DNA from: Lingula anatina
Lineage: Eukaryota; Animalia; Brachiopoda
Assembly: GCA_051362555.1 (NCBI GenBank)
Contig: CM120646.1
Span: forward strand, 1-64,000
Direction: 5' to 3'
DNA length: 64,000 bases
This document shows, one piece after another, positions 52,000 to 64,000 of the stretch. How positions within the stretch are numbered: the first letter of the stretch is position 1; the number at the start of each line of letters is the position of its first letter. Under the pieces are notes generated by a model. That model saw only the letters and a list, made by a program, of their open reading frames with translations, ran no database searches and was not told the origin of the DNA. Made by a program: the position numbers and the translations under genes.

Positions 52000-52827
52000 T
52001 TAATAAACTAGTGGTCCATAGAATTCATTGCAAATGTTGTTTGGTTCTTCGGTCAACCAAAACTCTACATACGCCTGTGTGAACTCTTGAAATGAGATGA
52101 TACCATCTGCGTTGGAGTCCATCACATCAAAGACGGACTTCGAATATTTAGTTGGAATGTAATGGCTGTAGAAAAAGGCAGCATGTTCCTCCTTGGATAT
52201 AAGACCATCGCCATCAGTATCCATGACATTAAACTCTGTGGAGACAATAATGTAGTATAATTCACGTCGAAAGTGGCTTTGGTTCACGATGAAGAAGTTG
52301 TTCTTCCAGTGTTCCTCCTGGGAAAGACTGGGTTTATCTCCAGCAAGGGCCGACCACATGTGAAGACGTAGGTTTAGAATGTGTTCAGCTGGTTCATCTA
52401 AGAAATGAAAAACTTTAACAATAACTTTTATCCTTACATTGTATGATTCAATAACTGAAAGTACATTGTTATAAGCACTTAATAATATATTATATGTAAT
52501 TTTATAAATTTTTCAATGTGTGCAACATATTAGAAAGTGAATAAACGAGTTTACACGTGTGCTCTTCGGATAGGCCGAGTTACCCCATTTACATAACAGC
52601 GATTTAATACACATAAAACACTTCAACGAACTATAGAGTACCAGTAGAGTGAAGTTACCTTGGAGCTTCAAATATTCTATGTGTCGTTTGGCAGAAATCA
52701 CAAGGTCTTCCTCAGTAATGTACCCATCAGCATTGGAATCTAGCCGTTGGAATACAGTTTTAACTTTTCTTCTCCAATGTTCTGCTCCGGTCACCAACGG
52801 GTAGTCTTCTGGCATCTGAAACACCAT
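52000..52827 (-). CDS. EF-hand Ca2+-binding protein of the SCP/calexcitin/coelenterazine-binding-protein superfamily (188 aa); exons 52827-52659 and 52397-52000
   Basis: EF loops DSNADGYITEED, DTDGDGLISKEE and DSNADGIISFQE, with a degenerate EF2. N-terminal HWRRKVKTVFQRLD, C-terminal NEFYGPL. One phase-1 GT-AG intron. Confidence 0.9.
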
Positions 52828-54060
52828 TTGTTACATGACACAAGTTTTACCAAGCCCATTTCAGGACATGGAGTATTTACGTTTTGGTTTAGAAGTATAT
52901 ATTCTAGACTAAAATAGACAGATTTATATATAAAATTTCGTTGCATTTTGATCTTACGTAAGCCCTAAGCAAATTAATTAATTTTAGAAACTGTTAATCT
53001 GATTTCAGAACATCAGGTGTTTTCGCCCACACGTACAGTTTGTGATTAACTAAGTATTGTGATCATACCAAAAGTTGACTTACTTTTTTAAGGTGCAGTG
53101 TTTTGTTCGTCAATCTCTGAACAGGTCGGAGACATGGCAAGGAGTCTGGGACAAAGCTGGGTTTGAAGTTATTTCCTAGTCTCTGGGAAGGTTGAACAAT
53201 TCTTGTCTGTCCCCGACTTGGTTGGATGCTCGTCTTTATTATATGACTTAGATGATTGATAATTAACATGGTGAATGCAGAGATATAGAATATCCTACTC
53301 CTTGTGGTTACAACAGCTAGTGCATGTAATAAAACGTGTGTTTGTTCACCTTAATTTGCATTTAATTTGACCGTTGAAATAGATGCTAGGTGACGTAGTT
53401 TAACCTATGATCTTTTCAAACATTCGACTTTCAAATAATAAACGTTGCTTTCAAATGACACGCTGGGGATAAGAAACTCAGAACTCACGCATACCACGGT
53501 ACGTGTTTGTTGCTTCATGTACGTGCACCCTCCCCGTAACTGTACCGTACATGGCAGACAGGTTTAGACACCTTGCTACATGTGCATGACTTCCTATTAA
53601 AGTTTAATAAAAGCTGGGAGTATCACTGAAAGGTTTGGAGATATTAGGGCCGGAAAATTTGCAAAGTTCAGTCATGCTTTTTGTCCAAGATTCAGTTCAT
53701 GGTGAAAAGTAGGCCAAAGTCCAATTTCAAGGTCACAGTTTGATTGCTAGTAAATGACTTCCTATTCAAGTTCAATAGTAACTATGAGCGTATCTCTTCT
53801 AATTTTTGAGTATATTTCACATTTTATTTTCACCACTGAATATTGCGACATTGTACTTTTTGATTTAGCACAACTCCTAAAAGGGACTCCACCACCAGTG
53901 TTGCTCTTGACAAGTTCTACAAAATGCAAAATAAGAGGTCTCCAGCATTTTCGGTTTCCAAAATGAGAGAGAGTTTTCAGTTTTGTCATCTGAAGATGAA
54001 AGGAGTCCCTAATTGTAACCCCTCACTGTAATATATAACAAGCGGCTGCCCAGTGACCAG

Positions 54061-55040
54061 GGCTCGGAATCTCGAAAGGTTCGCTATGTTGCGCACACGC
54101 TCTAGCATGGCTAGCGTGCGCTATCCCGTATCTCGAAAGAATCGCTATTTTGAGCGCCTGCGCTAGCATGGCTAGCGTGCGCTATCCCGTATCTCGAAAG
54201 CTTCGCAAATCCCGGCCGTGCGCTAATGTCCAAATCGCCATTAGTTTCGAGGCTATTATATGCGGCGATACAAACTAGTCGCAAAGGCCTCTGCGAATGC
54301 AAAATTCGTCATTTTAATGTGTCTTATATGTAATTAAACATGGTGGCAAGTTTGGGTTGCTAGTCATAATAGCATATAATAAAACATATAACAAAAACAT
54401 GGAAGCTTTTAATTGATTGAATCACTGGTACCTCTGATAGAAAAACTTGCGGTAAATATTCACGTGAAGAATGCCAAAGTCATGTTTTATTATGCAGAAA
54501 ATTTCAAAATTAAACATTTCATACATCATTTTATATTTTCTGGTGCATTTCATTCATCTGTGTAGTCTATTGATAATAATAATAAATGTAAAAGTGTCAT
54601 TTTCCACACAAAATGAAAAAGCAGAAACAAAGCATTCGGTCGCACCGTCACCTTCCTCAATGTCTATTATTGTGAGACTGAACACTACTCACCAGTGTGT
54701 CAGTAATTGTGTCAGTCCAAGCTTCCCTTATTGAATTGTTTTTTGACATTTTATTGGTGTCAAATACTTCAAATATCAGTATTTGCTATTATGATATTCC
54801 TATAAATTAAAACAACCTCTTGATTTGCGTCATGGTGAAAAAAATTGCATTTTGTGTAATTGTGTTATGACGTCTTCACTTTATGCGGCAATCGAATATT
54901 AGTAGAGTTTGAGGTTATAATTGCGTTGCGTCTGCTAAGGCTTCGAGATAGCAGGTGGGTGCAATCGCACTAGCAAATAGCGCACGCTAGCTATGCTATA
55001 GCGCGTGCGCAACATAGCGAACCTTTCGAGATTCCGAGCC
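54061..55040. mobile_element. Harbinger-like MITE 1 (980 bp)
   Basis: TIR GGCTCGGAATCTCGAAAGGTTCGCTATGTTGCGCAC, flanked by CAG and CTG. Confidence 0.75.
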
Positions 55041-55043
55041 CTG

Positions 55044-55189
55044 GGCTCAGTATCTCGAAAGGTTCGCTATGTTGCGCACGGGCACAAGTGTCTCGATTCC
55101 ATAACCGAGTCTATTTCGAGACACGGGGCCATGGAATCGAGACACTTGCGCACGTGCGCTACATAGCGAACCTTTCGAGATACGGAGTC
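55044..55189. mobile_element. Harbinger-like MITE 2 (146 bp, nearly all TIR)
   Basis: GGCTCAGTATCTCGAAAGGTTCGCTATG...CATAGCGAACCTTTCGAGATACGGAGTC, flanked by CTG on both sides. Confidence 0.72.
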
Positions 55190-55192
55190 CTG

Positions 55193-55731
55193 TGCTCCGT
55201 AACTGGAAAGCATCGCGAATTGCGAATAGCGATATCACCTTTTATTTCGAGGCTATTATATGGGGCGAGTAAATCCCGAGTTATGGAATAGAGACGCTTG
55301 CGCTTGTGTAGGGGTCCATGTTCCACCCTACCCAGGTTCTTCTAATATTTTACCTGCCACTGATGCATGGGAGAGGGAATATAACCACAGAACTCACATA
55401 TTCAGTTCCAAGTCTAAAAAGTCCCTTATTAAGTCCAAGCATTCAGCATTTATACACATTATCTACAGGGAATCTATCTGCCTGCCACAGTGGCAGCAAC
55501 TGATTTAAATACTAATTGCAATGCAGTAGTTTCTACTTATCAGATATGCATTTGCCCCAAGCTTACTTAGTTAAACAGAGAATGATAAATATTCATGCAA
55601 GACTGAAGCCAAGTGAATGATAATGATGACTGATTATATAAACATAAGATGTAAATGAGTGAGTTTATCACCTGCCTTCTGTGGACCTTTACACTTGGTC
55701 GCAATTCGCAATGCTTTCGAGTTACGGAGCC
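55193..55731. mobile_element. Harbinger-like MITE 3 (539 bp)
   Basis: TGCTCCGTAACTGGAAAGCATCGCGAATTGCGA...TCGCAATTCGCAATGCTTTCGAGTTACGGAGCC. Confidence 0.68.
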
Positions 55732-58700
55732 TCGGTGAGAATGCTACATCGAGTCATGAACACAAGCCATCAACATAATGTTTATCTACCTTTGTGATAA
55801 ATATTAAATGTGTCAATTAGATGAAAACATATTAACAGCAACATTGATATATCTACAGTATATATATAGAGAGAGAGGTCGCCACCGCCACTGTTAGCAG
55901 TTTATGTGCTCCAGCGCTGAGATGCGCACGCACACCAGGTGCCGCACCTTGCGGAACCAGTGACCCTTCCAAAATAAGGTACCTGCTGTTTTCCCGCTTT
56001 GCACTTCCTTAACACTTAGAGGTATAAGCAGTGTTGAACACCTGTCTGGAAGTGAAAGAATGTTAGTTGTTTGTATATGCTAGTTTGCAGTGCTTCATGC
56101 TGCAGCTGGGCTGATCATCTACACACATTCACATCAAAATATAAAGACATTTTACAAAAATTGAATTAATTTAATTTAATTTGAACATGTTAATGGTTTC
56201 ATGTGTTATAGTTGTTACTAGTGATCATATTAATACATAGAGAGGTGTTTACAGTTTCTACGGTATATATTATCCAATCCATGTCTAATAAAAACATACC
56301 AAAACAACGTTGATGTAACCTTCAAAGATTGCGATATGGTGGTGTAAAGAAGGACAAAAGATCCAGGCATTCAGTGACAGGCCTTCAGGGAAGTGACATT
56401 TTTTTATCTTGACTGTGCAATTTTATTAAGCCCTGGATATGAAAGTCGTTTTTTTAACATGTCACATGTCGCATCCCAAAAAGGAGTCTTACGATGTACC
56501 GGTACCAGTACAAAACTTTAAAACTTTTAACTCTATAACATCTCAATAATAACATGGAAATATATAAAATGAACATGATAATAACAAAAACAACAATAAT
56601 AAACTTTATTCTAAGAGGGTTAAACATTTTAAATGTAGCTTTATCTTGTATGTGGCCTTTAAAGTACTAGTAGATGAAAATGTCACATTTTGCTCGAGAA
56701 GCATATGCCCTACAGGTATATCTCTAATACTAGGCATCCCGTATGAGAAAGCCCACGCACTGTTACATGAACACCTGTATATTAAAGCATGCTGACATCT
56801 TTCATGTTGATACATAAGGATATTATTCAAAAGAGAGTAAAATCTTATGACCCACACCACTCTTTGGGCTATTTGTCCGCTATTTCCATTGATGCACTGT
56901 TAATAATTCATGAATACTAATTCCATATTAACCTAACTACTGCATGCATGAAGTTGACAGACCCGCTATTTTCCTCACAGACACTATTATATGTACGTGG
57001 CATATTGATCTACACGCAAACTCTGAAGTGAAAACGATCAATTACAAGGCGCTGACACGTGAACACAATGGGACACCATGCTTTATATGGTCCTGTTATA
57101 TTTACACAGTGGACGCTTCACTGCACAGACGCAGTTACTCCCTTCAAAGTGGCAACAGGTCGCCGCTGGTCATCGTACAAGGTATTTCTCTTTTATCAAC
57201 GGGGAAGCATTTTATCAAGGGGGGCGTTGCAACGAAAAAGGTAAGTCGATTTTCGTTCATTTTATGTCCGATCTTGGTGACAAAAATACAACTTGCTTGC
57301 TTGACAGTGGATTCCCATCGGACTACCAGCAGTAAGGTAGGTCTAAATTAGGTAGGTCCAATTCTGTTGGAACTCTCGCCAAGTACTATGGGCTTAATTG
57401 CAATTCATTACACTAGTCCGCTTGATTTGGTCTAAAAAGTGCAATACCAGATCAGCAGAAGTATTAAATGGAGTGAATCTGCATGCTTTTAAGATAAAAA
57501 ATGATCGAGCATTTATTTAAGTGGTCAAGCAATTTCCTCCCCTCACAATAAGGGGATGCCTCCCCTTACAATGGAGGGTACCTCTGCTCACAATAGTGTG
57601 AGGGGAGACAAGTCAGTCCAGTAATGGTCTAACTTATGGTTTAAGACCATGTAAGATTGTTTTTGATCTGAAACTGCACTTTAAGACCAAGTCAGGAGCA
57701 CTCGTGTTAGGTGCTCTTATCATAATGTCAGTGGAGAGTAAATTGGGCAAGTACATGTGTTAGTAAAGCTGTTCTCTTTGTCTCCTGCATGATGTAGATG
57801 GGTAACATACGTATGTTAATTGACTTCTTTACATATCATCATATTTAACAGACCATCCCACGGGATTGTATTTAATATCATGAATAGTGCTTTTTTCTGT
57901 GGTCAGGAGTGTGTTTATATTTTGTTAGAAGTATATTATCTATAGTACCATTTTTTATCAGAATATCATATATATACGTAAATTGTCGGTGTATTATGGA
58001 TATTATTTGAATCCTGTGCCTCATTCATTTGCTAGTACTGTACATGGGGCAGTATTGTAGGATTTTGATGGAGATTTTAACTGTATAATACAAGTGAGGC
58101 TTAAATATCAGACAGTAGTCTAAGTAGTAATGGATGAATTTAATGAGTATATTTCAATTTAAAAACAAACCCGTATCTCTCTGTGACAGCAGCAACCTTC
58201 ATCTGTTTGGGGTACATGTACCAGCAGAAGATGGCAACCAGTGTTTACATGTAGATGTGACAGAAGCAGGTTCACTGGTGATCATTATGTACACATTTTT
58301 CTATCTCTCCATAAACAGTCACATCGGAAAGTATGCCATTTACTGGCATTTCGCGCACCTGAAAGATATGGAGTAAAATAAATGAAAATTAATTTAATAG
58401 GTCTGGCACATACATGGTACGTACATGTACTTGTAATGTCAATTTATCTTCATCTAGGAAGTATAGGTGCCTTTCATGCTACAACTCAGTTGAAATAACA
58501 TTATTAAAACCTCACCTTCTTAGATTTCCTATAATGGTACTTAAACAGTCTTCCTCAAGGCTTTTCTTACCCCCCCCCCCCCCCCCATGCTGTTTGGCCA
58601 CAACAGACCTCAAAAGGGTTAAAATATTACCATTGTGTGATCATCTGAAGATTTCCCAAGATAATTTTCTACAAGTATTATAGTCTATGCTTCAGATAGC

Positions 58701-59292
58701 TTATAAACTTCTCCTATCTGACATGCCATTTTACATGATCAGGTAAATTTTACAGGTATAACGCCAGTCAGACAATTAAATTACAGGTAGAGTGTTTTAG
58801 ACAACAGCAAGTATTGTATCCATAATAAGGTGTGCATCTAGTCAGTTCTAATTACAGAAGAGGAAATCATCCACAATTATAACAAAAGAATACTCACCTC
58901 GACCCAATTACAAAGTGGTAAATACAGCAAGAGCTTCACGATATAGAAGTATACAAAAGAAGTGCGGATTTAATAGATCTGGTACATTGAACCCTGGTAA
59001 CGTAATGCTTTCTACAACAAAAATGTATACAGTGCATTCATGCTACAACTCGGCTGAAATAAATTCATTAAAAATCCTCACCTGTTTGAATTTCCTCAGG
59101 TGGTATTTGGTCAGTCTTCCTAAAGGCTTCTTCCTGACCGAGAGACTTTTATTTCATTTCTAACCTTGCATTTTAGTTATTTTGTTTAAAATTTGTTCAC
59201 AAGTCTTTTAATATTCCTCTATTCTTATTCACTAGTGATTTTATTCAATTATGATGCAAAGAATGTATTTATCCAACCCTCGGGTTGCACAT

Positions 59293-59340
<48 letters not shown>

Positions 59341-59342
<2 letters not shown>

Positions 59343-60200
59343 TAGACTGCAACTGGCCAAAGCCAGTGGCGGAGGATTCCTCTGCAAAATAGGCATGAAA
59401 ATACTCTTACAAGGTCATTTGAAAATCATGGGTTAAATTTGACCTCATATTCTGAAAGAGCATGTGCGAATTGGGGGGGGGGGGTCAACAAAACATCACT
59501 TTTAGCACACTTCAATATTTCTCCATGAAATAGCCGAATGACCTTGAAAATGAAGGTCAAGGTCAAATTTGACATTTGATTTGGGGGTTTTGGGTATATG
59601 TTTGGGGTAGTTTACTATAGCATGTTATGACCAAAAACCAGTGTTTCATGGAGAATTTGCCAAACTCAAGATTTCTGCAACGTCATAAATATTTAAAAAT
59701 CTATATTAAAAAAAGTAATTAAGCAGTCGCTACCAAAGTACGGCTAACCTTAGATAAATATATAGGGCATCATTTGCCACTATGATCGGGGCTCTGAGAC
59801 TTCCGGTTTTTGAGATCTCGGAAACAAACCTTTTTTGAGCCCGTTTGGCCATTAGCGACCTTGACCTTGACCTACTTGCATAAAAGTAGGTCATTCTATG
59901 TGGATTCACCTCAGTATTACTGACCATAAGGCCCATAACCATACGGCTTATACTTAAGGCCTAATGTCAATTTCAAATTTTACAAATTTTGCCTTTAAAA
60001 GCCTCTGTGACCTTGAAAAGTAGGTCAAGGTCACTGAAACTGGGTCTATGGCATATTCTTACCATAGGCTACCTATGTAAATTATTTCAGATTTTTCGCG
60101 AAAAAAAACGCGCGGAAAGAATAACAATAGTATTCCCCTACGGGGAATCCTAACTATAATACTACCAAAAACAATAGTATTCCCCTACGGGGAATCCTAA
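59341..60200 (-). mobile_element. Helentron/HINE-like element inserted in an (AAT)n microsatellite
   Basis: Minus-strand 3' end has hairpin actggctttggccagt plus CTAGT. Subterminal inverted repeat aggattcc/ggaatcct. Internal TGACCTTGA repeats. (AAT)n on both flanks. Confidence 0.65.
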
Positions 60201-60244
60201 TAATAATAATATATTTAGAGAAGTGCTGAGAAGAGAGAATGCAT

Positions 60245-60428
60245 TTATTTCCTCCACCAAGGAGGTCATGTTATTAGTGACGTTTGTCTCTTCGTAGAAC
60301 CAGCCTTACTCAAATAGTTATAGATGGATTTTGATTAGGCCTAAATCTTCATGTAGGCGGCAGGCCTAATAATTTTCTTAATCATTTGCCTTGGAGGTCT
60401 GCATGCTCTGAGTGCTTTTCCAGTTACT
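60245..60428 (+). mobile_element. Degenerate HINE-family copy
   Basis: cctccaccaaggaggtcatgtt...gccttggaggtctgcatgctctgagtgcttttccagtt resembles 24688-24927. Confidence 0.6.
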
Positions 60429-61076
60429 AAATTATTTTGAGTAAAAAAAAAAACATTGAAGTATAAAAGCAAAAAAAAGCTGAAAAAGTGTATGATGTAG
60501 AAAAAAGAATCAGCCACCCCAGGGGCAGCCCAGTCCCACACTGTCATGAATTCAGAAGTGCCAATGCAGAGCCATGATGAAGGTTGTACGTGTCCCTCCA
60601 ATTTCTCTCATGGTCTAGGAGGAGAGAGTGGAAATTACAATATAGAAATATAAAATAATCCACCCCTGGATCAAACCAGCCCCCAGCCGCACCTCAGTTC
60701 TGATGAGCCTTTGTGCAACCCTTGTGATAGGTCCACTTTCTTAACCCCCCTTTACACTGAACAGCGTCCTTTGTCCGACCATGAAACTGGCAACGCTGTG
60801 GTGGTAGAAAAGAGGCACAAGCATTGCTTTGGTTGCAGAATGAATGCACAATGATCAGTCAGTTGCTGGCACGAGACATTTTACATTAAAAGGGGACGTT
60901 AAGGGTATTTAGTTAAAATTTTCACTTTTTAATATTACGAAGTAGTTCGTTGGGGGCAGCTATAATGAATACTGCAGAATTCTTATTTTGATATTTCCAG
61001 ACAAGTAGCACAGTGGCGCCACCTGTCCATCATTAATTGATTCAAGAGACATCGCCGATACTAAAAACCTGTGGCG

Positions 61077-63937
61077 ATGATGTCCACCAAACTCCAATTA
61101 TCAGCGGTGCTCTATGGACAAGAAGATCTCCGTTTGGTAAGACGCCTCCCAACAATACAACGTTTTATAACGTTAACATTACATTAGCATGACGTTTTTT
61201 AGTTTTATCAACGCTATGGCAACATTTTAATAGCGTTCCGTGTTTAGTGCGCTGTCCAATATTTTCTCTTGATATGAACTTTAATTCTGTTTGTGCAATG
61301 TAAAATGTTATTTTAACATAGAAGCAGAGGAAATATTTAATTTGCAATGTCTAGTATATCTATATTTACTCTCTGAAATCTCGAGAACGCTCGAATATCA
61401 TCCTAATGTTAAAGTGGTTGTTGATGCTTATTTACATCGCCGCGCTTTGGTCCATGCCCTTTTGTAAAATAATCGCACCCAAATCTTGTGATTGGCAAGT
61501 TATCAGTTATCAGACTGACGGTTATCTGAGATAACCCAAAGTTTCGCGATGAAATATAAAACCCACTTTTATATCGCCGGGTTTGGAGGAAAGTGGGGTC
61601 CAAAATTACAACAGCTTACATTATTTATCCAGGGATATTTTCTTTTTGTTTATTTTTCTGTGGTCTAATTCCAGTCAATTACACAGCAGTAGTAAATCTC
61701 CATGTTTTGTATGTCACTTTTATACCGTAATCAATTGGTGAATCAAGCCACTCCTTCTTTCAGGAGAAGACCCCTGTACCTTTGCCCCAAAAAGGTGGTA
61801 AGTTTGTAGAACTTGCACTGGATGTATGACAAGACAAGAACCTAAATGTGTGTATGTATGTGTTGATGCGCGCGCACATGCGTGTGTCTGTATGTGTCGG
61901 TGTGCATGTGTGACGGCGCTCTGTGTAAATTTACCCATTTACTGATGCATTCGCTGACCAAAACATTCATGGTATTATCAACTCGTAGATTTCAGTGTGC
62001 AATAATGGTTTATTTTCTTTTAATTTTGTTTTAAAGATTATTTAAACATATCATCAAATCTTATCCTATTATATTTGGCAGTTTTAAGGTGAATTTCTGA
62101 CCAAAATGTTCGAAGAAAAGAATTTATCTCAAATGCCTAAAATGGTGTGTGTTTTATGGACTACTGTGTAGACAGGGTTGATTGCAGGTTTTCATATTCT
62201 TACTTACAATGTTAAGCTTAATATCTCCAACGGGTACGGGTAAGCTACTGTATCCGTACCGAAGCAAGTTTTCTTAATCTCTCTTAGCTCACAGGTACGG
62301 CCACATGTATAGTTTGCCTGTATATCATCCAAAACCTCGATCATCAGATTGTTAATCATTTCACAGATGATCAAACATATATCGTCTATGTAAATATGTG
62401 TTTAATTTCTTCCAAGAGGTGCAGCTGGCCGTCAAGTGTGTCGGTATCTGCGGCTCTGATCTCCATTATTTTGAGGAAGGCCGACTTAACAAGTTTGTCG
62501 TGAAGGAACCGTTAATCCTAGGGCACGAGGTTAGCGGAACAGTGAAGGCTGTCGGAGAGGGTGTCACCAATCTCATAGTTGGTAAGGGTTCATTTGTGCA
62601 GTTAACAATGACTGGAATTGCTTATTTGTAGTGTTGAGCAGTAACCAAGCTAAAAGATCTGTTTTTGTACATCTTCAAAGTGTATATTTCCTTAATACTA
62701 TAGTACAAAGTAGGAGTTGCCATTCAACAGCATATGCACAATGTACCATGTAAGAACATTACAGACCTGTTATACATGTAGCGACCTCATTGGTTATACG
62801 TGTACTTTATATAAAGCAGACTCGGGTCAGATGGTCTTAACTAGTGTAAACCTGGCACACAGTGTATGTATGTACATGTATGTATGTATGTATGTATGTA
62901 TGTATGTATTCACGTGTGTGATCTTCCAGGTGACCGTGTGGCCGTGGAACCCGGGGTATGTATGTATGTATGTATGTATGTTTGTATGTATGTGTTGATG
63001 ATCTTCCAGGTGACCGGGTGGCCGTGGAACCTGGGGTGCCGTGTAGGAGGTGTGAGTTCTGCATGGAAGGTAAATACAACCTTTGTCCAAACAGGCATTT
63101 CTGCGGAGCGCCCCCTGTCGGCGGGGCAATGAGACCTGTGATATGTCACCCGGCTGAGTTTTGTTACAAGTAAGTAGTATATGTACAAAGTTGCTAACCG
63201 GGTTTTTGTCCAGGCCAGGTGCAATCCTCCACAATTCGTGTCAAGCATAACGAAAATCATTTCATTTCTTATTACTTCAACTTGTTTAAAACCTAACGCA
63301 ACTACATGTATTAGGTCTATGTGCAGTATAAAATACAGGAAATATTGGACTCTGAGACTCAATACGTGTCATTTGTCCGTTGGGTCTTAGAAGAAGCCTG
63401 TATCCGCCATATTGTTGCGTGAAGGTGGGGGGTTTGTGGACCTCTAGTTTGTAATACCAAAATATAAATATACATGTGTAGTGTAAGTCATAGAAAAGGA
63501 AGCACGTGTATCTTACATTTACTATCAGTGTGACTCACATCAAATTTATTTTTCCTGTTAGTTGTATCTTTTCATACACCAGGTTACCGGACCACGTGAC
63601 CTTTGAGGAGGGAATGTTGATGGAGCCCCTCGCTGTAGCTGTCCACGCATGCGCACGGGCAGAGATTAAACCTGGCTCCAGCTTGCTTATCACCGGGGCT
63701 GGTAGGCATTTGTGAAATAAAGCATTGCCACAGTGAAAACTTGTAGATATTTTTATCAGAACAAATCATTTAGTCCCCACATCTCAACTTCCTTCTCGTT
63801 AAAGATTGTCAAATTAAAAGCTGTATAATTATCTTATATATTTGAATGTTTTTTTGTTAAATGTGTTACAGGTCCCATTGGAATTATGGTTCTCATAGCG
63901 GCAAAGGCAATGGGGGCGTCAAATATCTGCGTCACAG
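61077..63937 (+). CDS. SORD: Sorbitol dehydrogenase (zinc-dependent MDR), 5' part; exons 61077-61136, 61764-61797, 62417-62581, 63010-63169, 63583-63701, 63872-63937; continues beyond the window
   Basis: LSAVLYGQEDLRL|EKTPVPLPQKG|EVQLAVKCVGICGSDLHY...LGHEVSG, GDRVAVEPGVPCRRCEFCMEGKYNLC (structural Zn), LPDHVTFEEGMLMEPLAV and GAGPIG. Internal exon sizes 34/165/160/119/66 match, as I recall, vertebrate SORD. Confidence 0.93.
62863..62994. repeat. (TATG)n microsatellites flanking a duplicated SORD exon-4 splice acceptor
   Basis: atcttccaggtgaccg..tggccgtggaacc occurs at both 62921 and 63001. Confidence 0.9.
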
Positions 63938-64000
63938 GTAATTAGACAGCTCTTATAACGCACACACGCACACACACATTTAATTGTAAACGCACACATA

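Noticed and set aside
56944-57351. Overlapping ORFs and a strong AAG|GTAAGT donor at 57240
   Set aside because: No recognisable protein and no in-frame join to SORD found. It may be a non-coding 5' exon but cannot be supported from sequence alone.
58473-59135. Degenerate ~95-bp direct repeat (about 58473 and 59037)
   Set aside because: Too short and diverged to call LTRs. No TG...CA ends, primer-binding site or internal coding sequence.

Overview
Eukaryotic chromosome end, most likely a marine invertebrate (a lophotrochozoan such as a mollusc; this is an inference from TTAGGG telomeres, AT-rich spliced genes and the repeat and protein families present). About 7.9 kb of (CCCTAA)n telomere runs almost directly into gene-bearing DNA. 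By hand I reconstructed nine genes, with GT-AG junctions and consistent intron phases in the eight spliced ones. They are: a secreted Pro/Arg- plus Asp/Ser/Asn-rich repeat protein ending about 500 bp from the telomere; an inverted pair of near-identical secreted Val/Lys/Pro plus Gly/Tyr-rich structural proteins; a GPI-type Ly6/three-finger protein; a secreted alpha/beta-hydrolase-fold protein that appears to lack its catalytic Ser and His; an unspliced NAT8/camello-like acetyltransferase with an in-frame stop; a spaetzle-like cystine-knot precursor; an SCP/coelenterazine-binding-protein-like EF-hand protein; and the first six exons of sorbitol dehydrogenase. Between and inside the genes lie many minisatellites, retroelement fragments (RTE, RTE-X-like, DIRS-like) and non-autonomous DNA transposons (Kolobok-, Academ-, Harbinger- and Helentron-like). 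No tRNA, rRNA or CRISPR array was seen. All family assignments come from motif recognition and remembered sequences, not from database searches.
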